From assembly GCA_964016885.1 (NCBI GenBank), contig OZ024740.1, positions 7,006,001-7,070,000 on the forward strand: a stretch of DNA of 64,000 bases, in the 5' to 3' direction. A program made the position numbers and the translations under genes. Positions 29,401 to 47,400 of this stretch are shown in pieces. The notes below the pieces were generated by a model. The model was not told the origin of the DNA. It worked only from the letters and a program-made list of their open reading frames with translations, and did not search any database. Within the stretch, counting starts at the first letter, position 1. Every line of letters begins with the position of its first letter. Source of the DNA: Eledone cirrhosa. Lineage: Eukaryota.

Positions 29401-32400
29401 CATTAGACACTATCATCCAATATCGGACCTGCCAACCTCTGGTATACTACATTAGACTCTATCATCCAATATCGGACCTGCCAACCTCTGCTATAATACA
29501 TTAGACACTATCATCCAATATCGGACCTGCCAACATCTGGTGTACTACATTAGACACTATCATCCAATATCGGACCTGCCAACCTCTGGTATACTACATT
29601 AGACACTATCATCCAATATCGGACCTGCCAACCTCTGGTATACTACATTAGACACTATCATCCAATATCGGACCTGCCAACCTCTGGTATAATACATTAG
29701 ACACTATCATCCAATATCGGACCTGCCAACCTCTGGTGTAATACATTAGACACTATCATCCAATATCGGACCTGCCAACCTCTGGTGTAATACATTAGAC
29801 ACTATCATCCAATATCGGACCTGCCAACCTCTGGTGTAATACATTAGACACTATCATCCAATATCGGACCTGCCAACCTCTGGTGTAATGCATTAGACAC
29901 TATCATCCAATATCGGACCTGCCAACCTCTGGTGTAATACATTAGACACTATCATCCAATATCGGACCTGCCAACCTCTGGTATACTACATTAGACACTA
30001 TCATCCAATATCGGACCTGCCAACCTCTGGTGTAATACATTAGACACTATCATCCAATATCGGACCTGCCAACATCTGGTGTACTACATTAGACACTATC
30101 ATCCAATATCGGACCTGCCAACCTCTGGTATACTACATTAGACACTATCATCCAATATCGGACCTGCCAACCTCTGGTGTAATACATTAGACACTATCAT
30201 CCAATATCGGACCTGCCAACATCTGGTGTACTACATTAGACACTATCATCCAATATCGGACCTGCCAACCTCTGGTATACTACATTAGACACTATCATCC
30301 AATATCGGACCTGCCAACCTCTGGTATACTACATTAGACTCTATCATCCAATATCGGACCTGCCAACCTCTGCTATAATACTTTAGACACTATCATCCAA
30401 TATCGGACCTGCCAACATCTGGTGTACTACATTAGACACTATCATCCAATATCGGACCTGCCAACCTCTGGTATACTACATTAGACACTATCATCCAATA
30501 TCGGACCTGCCAACCTCTGGTATACTACATTAGACACTATCATCCAATATCGGACCTGCCAACCTCTGGTATAATACATTAGACACTATCATCCAATATC
30601 GGACCTGCCAACCTCTGGTGTAATACATTAGACACTATCATCCAATATCGGACCTGCCAACCTCTGGTGTAATACATTAGACACTATCATCCAATATCGG
30701 ACCTGCCAACCTCTGGTGTAATACATTAGACACTATCATCCAATATCGGACCTGCCAACCTCTGGTGTAATGCATTAGACACTATCATCCAATATCGGAC
30801 CTGCCAACCTCTGGTGTAATACATTAGACACTATCATCCAATATCGGACCTGCCAACCTCTGGTATAATACATTAGACACTATCATCCAATATCGGACCT
30901 GCCAACCTCTGGTGTAATACATTAGACACTATCATCCAATATCGGACCTGCCAACATCTGGTGTACTACATTAGACACTATCATCCAATATCGGACATGC
31001 CAACCTCTGGTATACTACATTAGACACTATCATCCAATATCGGACCTGCCAACCTCTGGTGTAATACATTAGACACTATCATCCAATATCGGACCTGCCA
31101 ACATCTAGTGTACTACATTAGACACTATCATCCAATATCGGACCAGCCAACCTCTGGTATACTACATTAGACACTATCATCCAATATCGGACCTGCCAAC
31201 CTCTGGTATACTACATTAGACTCTATCATCCAATATCGGACCTGCCAACCTCTGCTATAATACATTAGACACTATCATCCAATATCGGACCTGCCAACAT
31301 CTGGTGTACTACATTAGACACTATCATCCAATATCGGACCTGCCAACCTCTGGTATACTACATTAGAAACTATCATCCAATATCGGACCTGCCAACCTCT
31401 GGTATACTACATTAGACACTATCATCCAATATCGGACCTGCCAACCTCTGGTATAATACATTAGACACTATCATCCAATATCGGACCTGCCAACCTCTGG
31501 TATAATACATTAGACACTATCATCCAATATCGGACCTGCCAACCTCTGGTGTAATACATTAGACGCTATCATCCAATATCGGACCTGCCAACCTCTGGTA
31601 TAATACATTAGACACTATCATCCAATATCGGACCTGCCAACCTCTGGTGTAATACATTAGACACTATCATCCAATATCGGACCTGCCAACCTCTGGTGTA
31701 ATACATTAGACACTATCATCCAATATCGGACCTGCCAACCTCTGGTGTAACACATTAGACACTATCATCCAATATCGGACCTGCCAACCTCTGGTGTAAT
31801 ACATTAGACACTATCATCCAATATCGGACCTGCCAACCTCTGGTATACTACATTAGACACTATCATCCAATATCGGACCTGCCAACCTCTGGTATACTAC
31901 ATTAGACAATATCATCCAATATCGGACCTGCCAACCTCTGTTGTAATACATTAGACACTATCATCCAATATCGGACCTGCCAACCTCTGGTATACTGCAT
32001 TAGACACTATCATCCAATATCGGACCTGCCAACCTCTGGTATACTGCATTAGACACTATCATCCAATATCGGACCTGCCAACCTCTGGTATACTACATTA
32101 GACACTATCATCCAATATCGGACCTGCCAACCTCTGGTATAGTACATTAGACACTATCATCCAATATCGGACCTGCCAACCTCTGTTGTAATACATTAGA
32201 CACTATCATCCACTATCGGACCTGCCAACCTCTGGTATACTACATTAGACACTATCATCCAATATCGGACCTGCCAACCTCTGGTGTAATACATTAGACA
32301 CTATCATCCAATATCGGACCTGCCAACCTCTGGTATACTACATTAGACACTATCATCCAATATCGGACCTGCCAACCTCTGGTGTAATACATTAGACACT

Positions 32401-35400
32401 ATCATCCAATATCGGACCTGCCAACCTCTGGTATACTACATTAGACACTATCATCCAATATCGGACCTGCCAACCTCTGGTATACTACAATAGACACTAT
32501 CATCCAATATCGGACCTGCCAACCTCTGGTATACTACATTAGACACTATCATCCAATATCGGACCTGCCAACCTCTGGTATACTACATTAGACACTATCA
32601 TCCAATATCGGACCTGCCAACCTCTGGTGTAATACATTAGACACTATCATCCAATATCGGACCTGCCAACCTCTGGTGTAATACATTAGACACTATCATC
32701 CAATATCGGACCTGCCAACCTCTGGTATACTACATTAGACACTATCATCCAATACCGGACCTGCCAACCTCTGGTGTAATACATTAGACACTATCATCCA
32801 ATATCGGACCTGCCAACCTCTGGTGTAATACATTAGACACTATCATCCAATATCGGACCTGCCAACCTCTGGTATACTACATTAGACACTATCATCCAAT
32901 ATCGGACCTGCCAACCTCTGGTGTAATACATTAGACACTATCATCCAATATCGGACCTGCCAACTTCTGGTATACTACATTAGACACTATCATCCAATAT
33001 CGGACCTGCCAACCTCTGGTATACTACATTAGACACTATCATCCAATATCGGACCTGCCAACCTCTGGTATACTACATTAGACACTATCATCCAATATCG
33101 GACCTGCCAACCTCTGGTGTAATACATTAGACACTATCATCCAATATCGGACCTGCCAACCTCTGGTGTAATACATTAGACACTATCATCCAATATCGGA
33201 CCTGTCAACCTCCGCTATACTACATTAGACACTATCATCCAATATCGGACCTGTCAACCTCTGGTATACTACATTAGACACTATCATCCAATATCGGACC
33301 TGCCAACCTCTGGTATACTACATTAGACACTATCATCCAATATCGGACCTGCGAACCTCTGGTATACTACATTAGACACTATCATCCAATATCGTACCTG
33401 CCAACCTCTCGTATACTACATTAGACACTATCATCCAATATCGGACCTGCCAACATCTGGTGTTCTACATTAGACACTATCATCCAATATCGGACCTGCC
33501 AACCTCTGCTATACTACATTAGACACTATCATCCAATATCGGACCTGCCAACCTCTGGTGTAATACATTAGACACTATCAACCAATATCGGACCTGCCAA
33601 CCTCTGGTATACTACATTAGACACTATCATCCAATATCGGACCTGCCAACATCTGGTGTACTACATTAGACACTATCATCCAATATCGGACCTGCCAACC
33701 TCTGCTATACTACATTAGACACTATCATCCAATATCGGACCTGCCAACCTCTGCTATACTACATTAGACACTATCATCCAATATCGGACCTGCCAACCTC
33801 TGGTATACTACATTAGAAACTATCATCCAATATCGGACCTGCCAACATCTGGTGTACTACATTAGACACTATCATCCAATATCGGACCTGCCAACCTCTG
33901 CTATACTACATTAGACACTATCATCCAATATCGGACCTGCCAACCTCTGGTGTAATACATTAGACACTATCATCCAATATCGGACCTGCCAACCTCTGGT
34001 ATAATACATTAGAAACTATCATCCAATATCGGACCTGCCAACCTCTGGTATACTACATTAGACTTTATCATCCAATATCGGACCTGCCAACCTCTGCTAT
34101 AATACATTAGACACTATCATCCAATATCGGACCTGCCAACCTCTGGTATACTACATTAGACACTATCATCCAATATCGGACCTGCCAACATCTGGTGTAA
34201 TACATTAGACACTATCATCCAATATCGGACCTGCCAACCTCTGGTATACTACATTAGACACTATCATCCAATATCGGACCTGCCAACCTCTGGTATACTA
34301 CATTAGACACTATCATCCAATATCGGACCTGCCAACCTCTGGTGTAATACATTAGACACTATCATCCAATATCGGACCTGCCAACATCTGGTGTACTACA
34401 TTAGACACTATCATCCAATATCGGACCTGCCAACCTCTGGTATACTACATTAGACACTATCATCCAATATCGGACCTGCCAACCTCTGGTATACTACATT
34501 AGACTCTATCATCCAATATCGGACCTGCCAACCTCTGCTATAATACATTAGACACTATCATCCAATATCGGACCTGCCAACATCTGGTGTACTACATTAG
34601 ACACTATCATCCAATATCGGACCTGCCAACCTCTGGTATAATACATTAGACACTATCATCCAATATCGGACCTGCCAACATCTGGTGTAATACATTAGAC
34701 ACTATCATCCAATATCGGACCTGCCAACCTCTGGTATAATACATTAGAAACTATCATCCAATATCGGACCTGCCAACCTCTGGTATACTACATTAGACTT
34801 TATCATCCAATATGGGACCTGCCAACCTCTGCTATAATACATTAGACACTATCATCCAATATCGGACCTGCCAACCTCTGGTATACTACATTAGACACTA
34901 TCATCCAATATCGGACCTGCCAACATCTGGTGTAATACATTAGACACTATCATCCAATATCGGACCTGCCAACCTCTGGTATACTACATTAGACACTATC
35001 ATCCAATATCGGACCTGCCAACCTCTGGTATACTACATTAGACACTATCATCCAATATCGGACCTGCCAACCTCTGGTGTAATACATTAGACACTATCAT
35101 CCAATATCGGACCTGCCAACATCTGGTGTACTACATTAGACACTATCATCCAATATCGGACCTGCCAACCTCTGGTATACTACATTAGACACTATCATCC
35201 AATATCGGACCTGCCAACCTCTGGTATACTACATTAGACTCTATCATCCAATATCGGACCTGCCAACCTCTGCTATAATACATTAGACACTATCATCCAA
35301 TATCGGACCTGCCAACATCTGGTGTACTACATTAGACACTATCATCCAATATCGGACCTGCCAACCTCTGGTATACTACATTAGACACTATCATCCAATA

Positions 35401-38400
35401 TCGGACCTGCCAACCTCTGGTATACTACATTAGACACTATCATCCAATATCGGACCTGCCAACCTCTGGTATAATACATTAGACACTATCATCCAATATC
35501 GGACCTGCCAACCTCTGGTGTAATACATTAGACACTATCATCCAATATCGGACCTGCCAACCTCTGGTGTAATACATTAGACACTATCATCCAATATCGG
35601 ACCTGCCAACCTCTGGTGTAATACATTAGACACTATCATCCAATATCGGACCTGCCAACCTCTGGTGTAATGCATTAGACACTATCATCCAATATCGGAC
35701 CTGCCAACCTCTGGTGTAATACATTAGACACTATCATCCAATATCGGACCTGCCAACCTCTGGTATAATACATTAGACACTATCATCCAATATCGGACCT
35801 GCCAACCTCTGGTGTAATACATTAGACACTATCATCCAATATCGGACCTGCCAACATCTGGTGTACTACATTAGACACTATCATCCAATATCGGACATGC
35901 CAACCTCTGGTATACTACATTAGACACTATCATCCAATATCGGACCTGCCAACCTCTGGTGTAATACATTAGACACTATCATCCAATATCGGACCTGCCA
36001 ACATCTACTGTACTACATTAGACACTATCATCCAATATCGGACCAGCCAACCTCTGGTATACTACATTAGACACTATCATCCAATATCGGACCTGCCAAC
36101 CTCTGGTATACTACATTAGACTCTATCATCCAATATCGGACCTGCCAACCTCTGCTATAATACATTAGACACTATCATCCAATATCGGACCTGCCAACAT
36201 CTGGTGTACTACATTAGACACTATCATCCAATATCGGACCTGCCAACCTCTGGTATACTACATTAGAAACTATCATCCAATATCGGACCTGCCAACCTCT
36301 GGTATACTACATTAGACACTATCATCCAATATCGGACCTGCCAACCTCTGGTATAATACATTAGACACTATCATCCAATATCGGACCTGCCAACCTCTGG
36401 TATAATACATTAGACACTATCATCCAATATCGGACCTGCCAACCTCTGGTGTAATACATTAGACGCTATCATCCAATATCGGACCTGCCAACCTCTGGTA
36501 TAATACATTAGACACTATCATCCAATATCGGACCTGCCAACCTCTGGTGTAATACATTAGACACTATCATCCAATATCGGACCTGCCAACCTCTGGTGTA
36601 ATACATTAGACACTATCATCCAATATCGGACCTGCCAACCTCTGGTGTAACACATTAGACACTATCATCCAATATCGGACCTGCCAACCTCTGGTGTAAT
36701 ACATTAGACACTATCATCCAATATCGGACCTGCCAACCTCTGGTATACTACATTAGACACTATCATCCAATATCGGACCTGCCAACCTCTGGTATACTAC
36801 ATTAGACAATATCATCCAATATCGGACCTGCCAACCTCTGTTGTAATACATTAGACACTATCATCCAATATCGGACCTGCCAACCTCTGGTATACTGCAT
36901 TAGACACTATCATCCAATATCGGACCTGCCAACCTCTGGTATACTGCATTAGACACTATCATCCAATATCGGACCTGCCAACCTCTGGTATACTACATTA
37001 GACACTATCATCCAATATCGGACCTGCCAACCTCTGGTATAGTACATTAGACACTATCATCCAATATCGGACCTGCCAACCTCTGTTGTAATACATTAGA
37101 CACTATAATCCACTATCGGACCTGCCAACCTCTGGTATACTACATTAGACACTATCATCCAATATCGGACCTGCCAACCTCTGGTGTAATACATTAGACA
37201 CTATCATCCAATATCGGACCTGCCAACCTCTGGTATACTACATTAGACACTATCATCCAATATCGGACCTGCCAACCTCTGGTGTAATACATTAGACACT
37301 ATCATCCAATATCGGACCTGCCAACCTCTGGTATACTACATTAGACACTATCATCCAATATCGGACCTGCCAACCTCTGGTATACTACAATAGACACTAT
37401 CATCCAATATCGGACCTGCCAACCTCTGGTATACTACATTAGACACTATCATCCAATATCGGACCTGCCAACCTCTGGTATACTACATTAGACACTATCA
37501 TCCAATATCGGACCTGCCAACCTCTGGTGTAATACATTAGACACTATCATCCAATATCGGACCTGCCAACCTCTGGTGTAATACATTAGACACTATCATC
37601 CAATATCGGACCTGCCAATCTCTGGTATACTACATTAGACACTATCATCCAATACCGGACCTGCCAACCTCTGGTGTAATACATTAGACACTATCATCCA
37701 ATATCGGACCTGCCAACCTCTGGTGTAATACATTAGACACTATCATCCAATATCGGACCTGCCAACCTCTGGTATACTACATTAGACACTATCATCCAAT
37801 ATCGGACCTGCCAACCTCTGGTGTAATACATTAGACACTATCATCCAATATCGGACCTGCCAACTTCTGGTATACTACATTAGACACTATCATCCAATAT
37901 CGGACCTGCCAACCTCTGGTATACTACATTAGACACTATCATCCAATATCGGACCTGCCAACCTCTGGTATACTACATTAGACACTATCATCCAATATCG
38001 GACCTGCCAACCTCTGGTGTAATACATTAGACACTATCATCCAATATCGGACCTGCCAACCTCTGGTGTAATACATTAGACACTATCATCCAATATCGGA
38101 CCTGTCAACCTCTGCTATACTACATTAGACACTATCATCCAATATCGGACCTGTCAACCTCTGGTATACTACATTAGACACTATCATCCAATATCGGACC
38201 TGCCAACCTCTGGTATACTACATTAGACACTATCATCCAATATCGGACCTGCGAACCTCTGGTATACTACATTAGACACTATCATCCAATATCGTACCTG
38301 CCAACCTCTCGTATACTACATTAGACACTATCATCCAATATCGGACCTGCCAACATCTGGTGTTCTACATTAGACACTATCATCCAATATCGGACCTGCC

Positions 38401-41400
38401 AACCTCTGCTATACTACATTAGACACTATCATCCAATATCGGACCTGCCAACCTCTGGTGTAATACATTAGACACTATCAACCAATATCGGACCTGCCAA
38501 CCTCTGGTATACTACATTAGACACTATCATCCAATATCGGACCTGCCAACATCTGGTGTACTACATTAGACACTATCATCCAATATCGGACCTGCCAACC
38601 TCTGCTATACTACATTAGACACTATCATCCAATATCGGACCTGCCAACCTCTGCTATACTACATTAGACACTATCATCCAATATCGGACCTGCCAACCTC
38701 TGGTATACTACATTAGAAACTATCATCCAATATCGGACCTGCCAACATCTGGTGTACTACATTAGACACTATCATCCAATATCGGACCTGCCAACCTCTG
38801 CTATACTACATTAGACACTATCATCCAATATCGGACCTGCCAACCTCTGGTGTAATACATTAGACACTATCATCCAATATCGGACCTGCCAACCTCTGGT
38901 ATAATACATTAGAAACTATCATCCAATATCGGACCTGCCAACCTCTGGTATACTACATTAGACTTTATCATCCAATATCGGACCTGCCAACCTCTGCTAT
39001 AATACATTAGACACTATCATCCAATATCGGACCTGCCAACCTCTGGTATACTACATTAGACACTATCATCCAATATCGGACCTGCCAACATCTGGTGTAA
39101 TACATTAGACACTATCATCCAATATCGGACCTGCCAACCTCTGGTATAATACATTAGACACTATCATCCAATATCGGACCTGCCAACCTCTGGTATACTA
39201 CATTAGACACTATCATCCAATATCGGACCTGCCAACCTCTGTTGTAATACATTAGACACTATCATCCAATATCGGACCTGCCAACATCTGGTGTACTACA
39301 TTAGACACTATCATCCAATATCGGACCTGCCAACCTCTGGTATACTACATTAGACACTATCATCCAATATCGGACCTGCCAACCTCTGGTGTAATACATT
39401 AGACACTATCATCCAATATCGGACCTGCCAACCTCTGGTATACTACATTAGACACTATCATCCAATATCGGACCTGCCAACCTCTGGTATACTACATTAG
39501 ACACTATCATCCAATATCGGACCTGCCAACCTCTGTTGTAATACATTAGACACTATCATCCAATATCGGACCTGCCAACATCTGGTGTACTACATTAGAC
39601 ACTATCATCCAATATCGGACCTCCCAACCTCTGGTATACTACATTAGACACTATCATCCAATATCGGACCTGCCAACCTCTGGTGTAATACATTAGACAC
39701 TATCATCCAATATCGGACCTGCCAACATCTGGTGTACTACATTAGACACTATCATCCAATATCGGACCTGCCAACCTCTGGTATACTACATTAGACACTA
39801 TCATCCAATATCGGACCTGCCAACCTCTGGTATACTACATTAGACTCTATCATCCAATATCGGACCTGCCAACCTCTGCTATAATACATTAGACACTATC
39901 ATCCAATATCGGACCTGCCAACATCTGGTGTACTACATTAGACACTATCATCCAATATCGGACCTGCCAACCTCTGGTATACTACATTAGACACTATCAT
40001 CCAATATCGGACCTGCCAACCTCTGGTATACTACATTAGACACTATCATCCAATATCGGACCTGCCAACCTCTGGTATAATACATTAGACACTATCATCC
40101 AATATCGGACCTGCCAACCTCTGGTGTAATACATTAGACACTATCATCCAATATCGGACCTGCCAACCTCTGGTGTAATACATTAGACACTATCATCCAA
40201 TATCGGACCTGCCAACCTCTGGTGTAATACATTAGACACTATCATCCAATATCGGACCTGCCAACCTCTGGTGTAATGCATTAGACACTATCATCCAATA
40301 TCGGACCTGCCAACCTCTGGTGTAATACATTAGACACTATCATCCAATATCGGACCTGCCAACCTCTGGTATAATACATTAGACACTATCATCCAATATC
40401 GGACCTGCCAACCTCTGGTGTAATACATTAGACACTATCATCCAATATCGGACCTGCCAACATCTGGTGTACTACATTAGACACTATCATCCAATATCGG
40501 ACCTGCCAACCTCTGGTATACTACATTAGACACTATCATCCAATATCGGACCTGCCAACCTCTGGTGTAATACATTAGACACTATCATCCAATATCGGAC
40601 CTGCCAAAATCTAGTGTACTACATTAGACACTATCATCCAATATCGGACCAGCCAACCTCTGGTATACTACATTAGACACTATCATCCAATATCGGACCT
40701 GCCAACCTCTGGTATACTACATTAGACTCTATCATCCAATATCGGACCTGCCAACCTCTGCTATAATACATTAGACACTATCATCCAATATCGGACCTGC
40801 CAACATCTGGTGTACTACATTAGACACTATCATCCAATATCGGACCTGCCAACCTCTGGTATACTACATTAGACACTATCATCCAATATCGGACCTGCCA
40901 ACCTCTGGTATACTACATTAGACACTATCATCCAATATCGGACCTGCCAACCTCTGGTATAATACATTAGACACTATCATCCAATATCGGACCTGCCAAC
41001 CTTTGGTATAATACATTAGACACTATCATCCAATATCGGACCTGCCAACCTCTGGTGTAATACATTAGACGCTATCATCCAATATCGGACCTGCCAACCT
41101 CTGGTATAATACATTAGACACTATCATCCAATATCGGACCTGCCAACCTCTGGTGTAATACATTAGACACTATCATCCAATATCGGACCTGCCAACCTCT
41201 GGTGTAATACATTAGACACTATCATCCAATATCGGACCTGCCAACCTCTGGTGTAACACATTAGACACTATCATCCAATATCGGACCTGCCAACCTCTGG
41301 TATACTACATTAGACACTATCATCCAATATCGGACCTGCCAACCTCTGGTATACTACATTAGACAATATCATCCAATATTGGACCTGCCAACCTCTGTTG

Positions 41401-44400
41401 TAATACATTAGACACTATCATCCAATATCGGACCTGCCAACCTCTGGTATACTGCATTAGACACTATCATCCAATATCGGACCTGCCAACCTCTGGTATA
41501 CTGCATTAGACACTATCATCCAATATCGGACCTGCCAACCTCTGGTATACTACATTAGACACTATCATCCAATATCGGACCTGCCAACCTCTGGTATAGT
41601 ACATTAGACACTATCATCCAATATCGGACCTGCCAACCTCTGTTGTAATACATTAGACACTATCATCCACTATCGGACCTGCCAACCTCTGGTATACTAC
41701 ATTAGACACTATCATCCAATATCGGACCTGCCAACCTCTGGTGTAATACATTAGACACTATCATCCAATATCGGACCTGCCAACCTCTGGTGTAATACAT
41801 TAGACACTATCATCCAATATCGGACCTGCCAACCTCTGGTATACTACATTAGACACTATCATCCAATATCGGACCTGCCAACCTCTGGTGTAATACATTA
41901 GACACTATCATCCAATATCGGACCTGCCAACTTCTGGTATACTACATTAGACACTATCATCCAATATCGGACCTGCCAACCTCTGGTATACTACATTAGA
42001 CACTATCATCCAATATCGGACCTGCCAACCTCTGGTATACTACATTAGACACTATCATCCAATATCGGACCTGCCAACCTCTGGTGTAATACATTAGACA
42101 CTATCATCCAATATCGGACCTGCCAACCTCTGGTGTAATACATTAGACACTATCATCCAATATCGGACCTGTCAACCTCTGCTATACTACATTAGACACT
42201 ATCATCCAATATCGGACCTGTCAACCTCTGGTATACTACATTAGACACTATCATCCAATATCGGACCTGCCAACCTCTGGTATACTACATTAGACACTAT
42301 CATCCAATATCGGACCTGCGAACCTCTGGTATACTACATTAGACACTATCATCCAATATCGTACCTGCCAACCTCTCGTATACTACATTAGACACTATCA
42401 TCCAATATCGGACCTGCCAACATCTGGTGTTCTACATTAGACACTATCATCCAATATCGGACCTGCCAACCTCTGCTATACTACATTAGACACTATCATC
42501 CAATATCGGACCTGCCAACCTCTGGTGTAATACATTAGACACTATCAACCAATATCGGACCTGCCAACCTCTGGTATACTACATTAGACACTATCATCCA
42601 ATATCGGACCTGCCAACATCTGGTGTACTACATTAGACACTATCATCCAATATCGGACCTGCCAACCTCTGCTATACTACATTAGACACTATCATCCAAT
42701 ATCGGACCTGCCAACCTCTGCTATACTACATTAGACACTATCATCCAATATCGGACCTGCCAACCTCTGGTATACTACATTAGACACTATCATCCAATAT
42801 CGGACCTGCCAACATCTGGTGTACTACATTAGACACTATCATCCAATATCGGACCTGCCAACCTCTGCTATACTACATTAGACACTATCATCCAATATCG
42901 GACCTGCCAACCTCTGGTGTAATACATTAGACACTATCATCCAATATCGGACCTGCCAACCTCTGGTATAATACATTAGAAACTATCATCCAATATCGGA
43001 CCTGCCAACCTCTGGTATACTACATTAGACTTTATCATCCAATATCGGACCTGCCAACCTCTGCTATAATACATTAGACACTATCATCCAATATCGGACC
43101 TGCCAACCTCTGGTATACTACATTAGACACTATCATCCAATATCGGACCTGCCAACCTCTGGTGTAATACATTAGACACTATCATCCAATATCGGACCTG
43201 CCAACCTCTGGTATACTACATTAGACACTATCATCCAATATCGGACCTGCCAACCTCTGGTATACTACATTAGACACTATCATCCAATATCGGACCTGCC
43301 AACCTCTGGTGTAATACATTAGACACTATCATCCAATATCGGACCTGCCAACATCTGGTGTACTACATTAGACACTATCATCCAATATCGGACATGCCAA
43401 CCTCTGGTATACTACATTAGACACTATCATCCAATATCGGACCTGCCAACCTCTGGTGTAATACATTAGACACTATCATCCAATATCGGACCTGCCAACA
43501 TCTGGTGTACTACATTAGACACTATCATCCAATATCGGACCTGCCAACCTCTGGTATACTACATTAGACACTATCATCCAATATCGGACCTGCCAACCTC
43601 TGGTATACTACATTAGACTCTATCATCCAATATCGGACCTGCCAACCTCTGCTATAATACATTAGACACTATCATCCAATATCGGATCTGCCAACATCTG
43701 GTGTACTACATTAGACACTATCATCCAATATCGGACCTGCCAACCTCTGGTATACTACATTAGACACTATCATCCAATATCGGACCTGCCAACCTCTGGT
43801 ATACTACATTAGACACTATCATCCAATATCGGACCTGCCAACCTCTGGTATAATACATTAGACACTATCATCCAATATCGGACCTGCCAACCTCTGGTGT
43901 AATACATTAGACACTATCATCCAATATCGGACCTGCCAACCTCTGGTGTAATACATTAGACACTATCATCCAATATCGGACCTGCCAACCTCTGGTGTAA
44001 TACATTAGACACTATCATCCAATATCGGACCTGCCAACCTCTGGTGTAATACATTAGACACTATCATCCAATATCGGACCTGCCAACCTCTGGTATAATA
44101 CATTAGACACTATCATCCAATATCGGACCTGCCAACCTCTGGTGTAATACATTAGACGCTATCATCCAATATCGGACCTGCCAACCTCTGGTATAATACA
44201 TTAGACACTATCATCCAATATCGGACCTGCCAACCTCTGGTGTAATACATTAGACACTATCATCCAATATCGGACCTGCCAACCTCTGGTGTAATACATT
44301 AGACACTATCATCCAATATCGGACCTGCCAACCTCTGGTGTAATACATTAGACACTATCATCCAATATCGGACCTGCCAACCTCTGGTGTAATACATTAG

Positions 44401-47400
44401 ACACTATCATCCAATATCGGACCTGCCAACCTCTGGTATACTACATTAGACACTATCATCCAATATCGGACCTGCCAACCTCTGGTATACTACATTAGAC
44501 ACTATCATCCAATATCGGACCTGCCAACCTCTGGTATAATACATTAGACACTATCATCCAATATCGGACCTGCCAACCTCTGGTGTAATACATTAGACAC
44601 TATCATCCAATATCGGACCTGCAAACCTCTGGTGTAATACATTAGACACTATCATCCAATATCGGACCTGCCAACCTCTGGTGTAATACATTAGACACTA
44701 TCATCCAATATCGGACCTGCCAACCTCTGGTGTAATGCATTAGACACTATCATCCAATATCGGACCTGCCAACCTCTGGTGTAATACATTAGACACTATC
44801 ATCCAATATCGGACCTGCCAACCTCTGGTATAATACATTAGACACTATCATCCAATATCGGACCTGCCAACCTCTGGTGTAATACATTAGACACTATCAT
44901 CCAATATCGGACCTGCCAACATCTGGTGTACTACATTAGACACTATCATCCAATATCGGACCTGCCAACCTCTGGTATACTACATTAGACACTATCATCC
45001 AATATCGGACCTGCCAACCTCTGGTGTAATACATTAGACACTATCATCCAATATCGGACCTGCCAACATCTAGTGTACTACATTAGACACTATCATCCAA
45101 TATCGGACCAGCCAACCTCTGGTATACTACATTAGACACTATCATCCAATATCGGACCTGCCAACCTCTGGTATACTACATTAGACTCTATCATCCAATA
45201 TCGGACCTGCCAACCTCTGCTATAATACATTAGACACTATCATCCAATATCGGACCTGCCAACATCTGGTGTACTACATTAGACACTATCATCCAATATC
45301 GGACCTGCCAACCTCTGGTATACTACATTAGACACTATCATCCAATATCGGACCTGCCAACCTCTGGTATACTACATTAGACACTATCATCCAATATCGG
45401 ACCTGCCAACCTCTGGTATAATACATTAGACACTATCATCCAATATCGGACCTGCCAACCTTTGGTATAATACATTAGACACTATCATCCAATATCGGAC
45501 CTGCCAACCTCTGGTGTAATACATTAGACGCTATCATCCAATATCGGACCTGCCAACCTCTGGTATAATACATTAGACACTATCATCCAATATCGGACCT
45601 GCCAACCTCTGGTGTAATACATTAGACACTATCATCCAATATCGGACCTGCCAACCTCTGGTGTAATACATTAGACACTATCATCCAATATCGGACCTGC
45701 CAACCTCTGGTGTAACACATTAGACACTATCATCCAATATCGGACCTGCCAACCTCTGGTATACTACATTAGACACTATCATCCAATATCGGACCTGCCA
45801 ACCTCTGGTATACTACATTAGAAAATATCATCCAATATCGGACCTGCCAACCTCTGTTGTAATACATTAGACACTATCATCCAATATCGGACCTGCCAAC
45901 CTCTGGTATACTGCATTAGACACTATCATCCAATATCGGACCTGCCAACCTCTGGTATACTGCATTAGACACTATCATCCAATATCGGACCTGCCAACCT
46001 CTGGTATACTACATTAGACACTATCATCCAATATCGGACCTGCCAACCTCTGGTATAGTACATTAGACACTATCATCCAATATCGGACCTGCCAACCTCT
46101 GTTGTAATACATTAGACACTATCATCCACTATCGGACCTGCCAACCTCTGGTATACTACATTAGACACTATCATCCAATATCGGACCTGCCAACCTCTGG
46201 TGTAATACATTAGACACTATCATCCAATATCGGACCTGCCAACCTCTGGTGTAATACATTAGACACTATCATCCAATATCGGACCTGCCAACCTCTGGTA
46301 TACTACATTAGACACTATCATCCAATATCGGACCTGCCAACCTCTGGTGTAATACATTAGACACTATCATCCAATATCGGACCTGCCAACTTCTGGTATA
46401 CTACATTAGACACTATCATCCAATATCGGACCTGCCAACCTCTGGTATACTACATTAGACACTATCATCCAATATCGGACCTGCCAACCTCTGGTATACT
46501 ACATTAGACACTATCATCCAATATCGGACCTGCCAACCTCTGGTGTAATACATTAGACACTATCATCCAATATCGGACCTGCCAACCTCTGGTTTAATAC
46601 ATTAGACACTATCATCCAATATCGGACCTGTCAACCTCTGCTATACTACATTAGACACTATCATCCAATATCGGACCTGTCAACCTCTGGTATACTACAT
46701 TAGACACTATCATCCAATATCGGACCTGCCAACCTCTGGTATACTACATTAGACACTATCATCCAATATCGGACCTGCGAACCTCTGGTATACTACATTA
46801 GACACTATCATCCAATATCGTACCTGCCAACCTCTCGTATACTACATTAGACACTATCATCCAATATCGGACCTGCCAACATCTGGTGTTCTACATTAGA
46901 CACTATCATCCAATATCGGACCTGCCAACCTCTGCTATACTACATTAGACACTATCATCCAATATCGGACCTGCCAACCTCTGGTGTAATACATTAGACA
47001 CTATCAACCAATATCGGACCTGCCAACCTCTGGTATACTACATTAGACACTATCATCCAATATCGGACCTGCCAACATCTGGTGTACTACATTAGACACT
47101 ATCATCCAATATCGGACCTGCCAACCTCTGCTATACTACATTAGACACTATCATCCAATATCGGACCTGCCAACCTCTGCTATACTACATTAGACACTAT
47201 CATCCAATATCGGACCTGCCAACCTCTGGTATACTACATTAGACACTATCATCCAATATCGGACCTGCCAACATCTGGTGTACTACATTAGACACTATCA
47301 TCCAATATCGGACCTGCCAACCTCTGCTATACTACATTAGACACTATCATCCAATATCGGACCTGCCAACCTCTGGTGTAATACATTAGACACTATCATC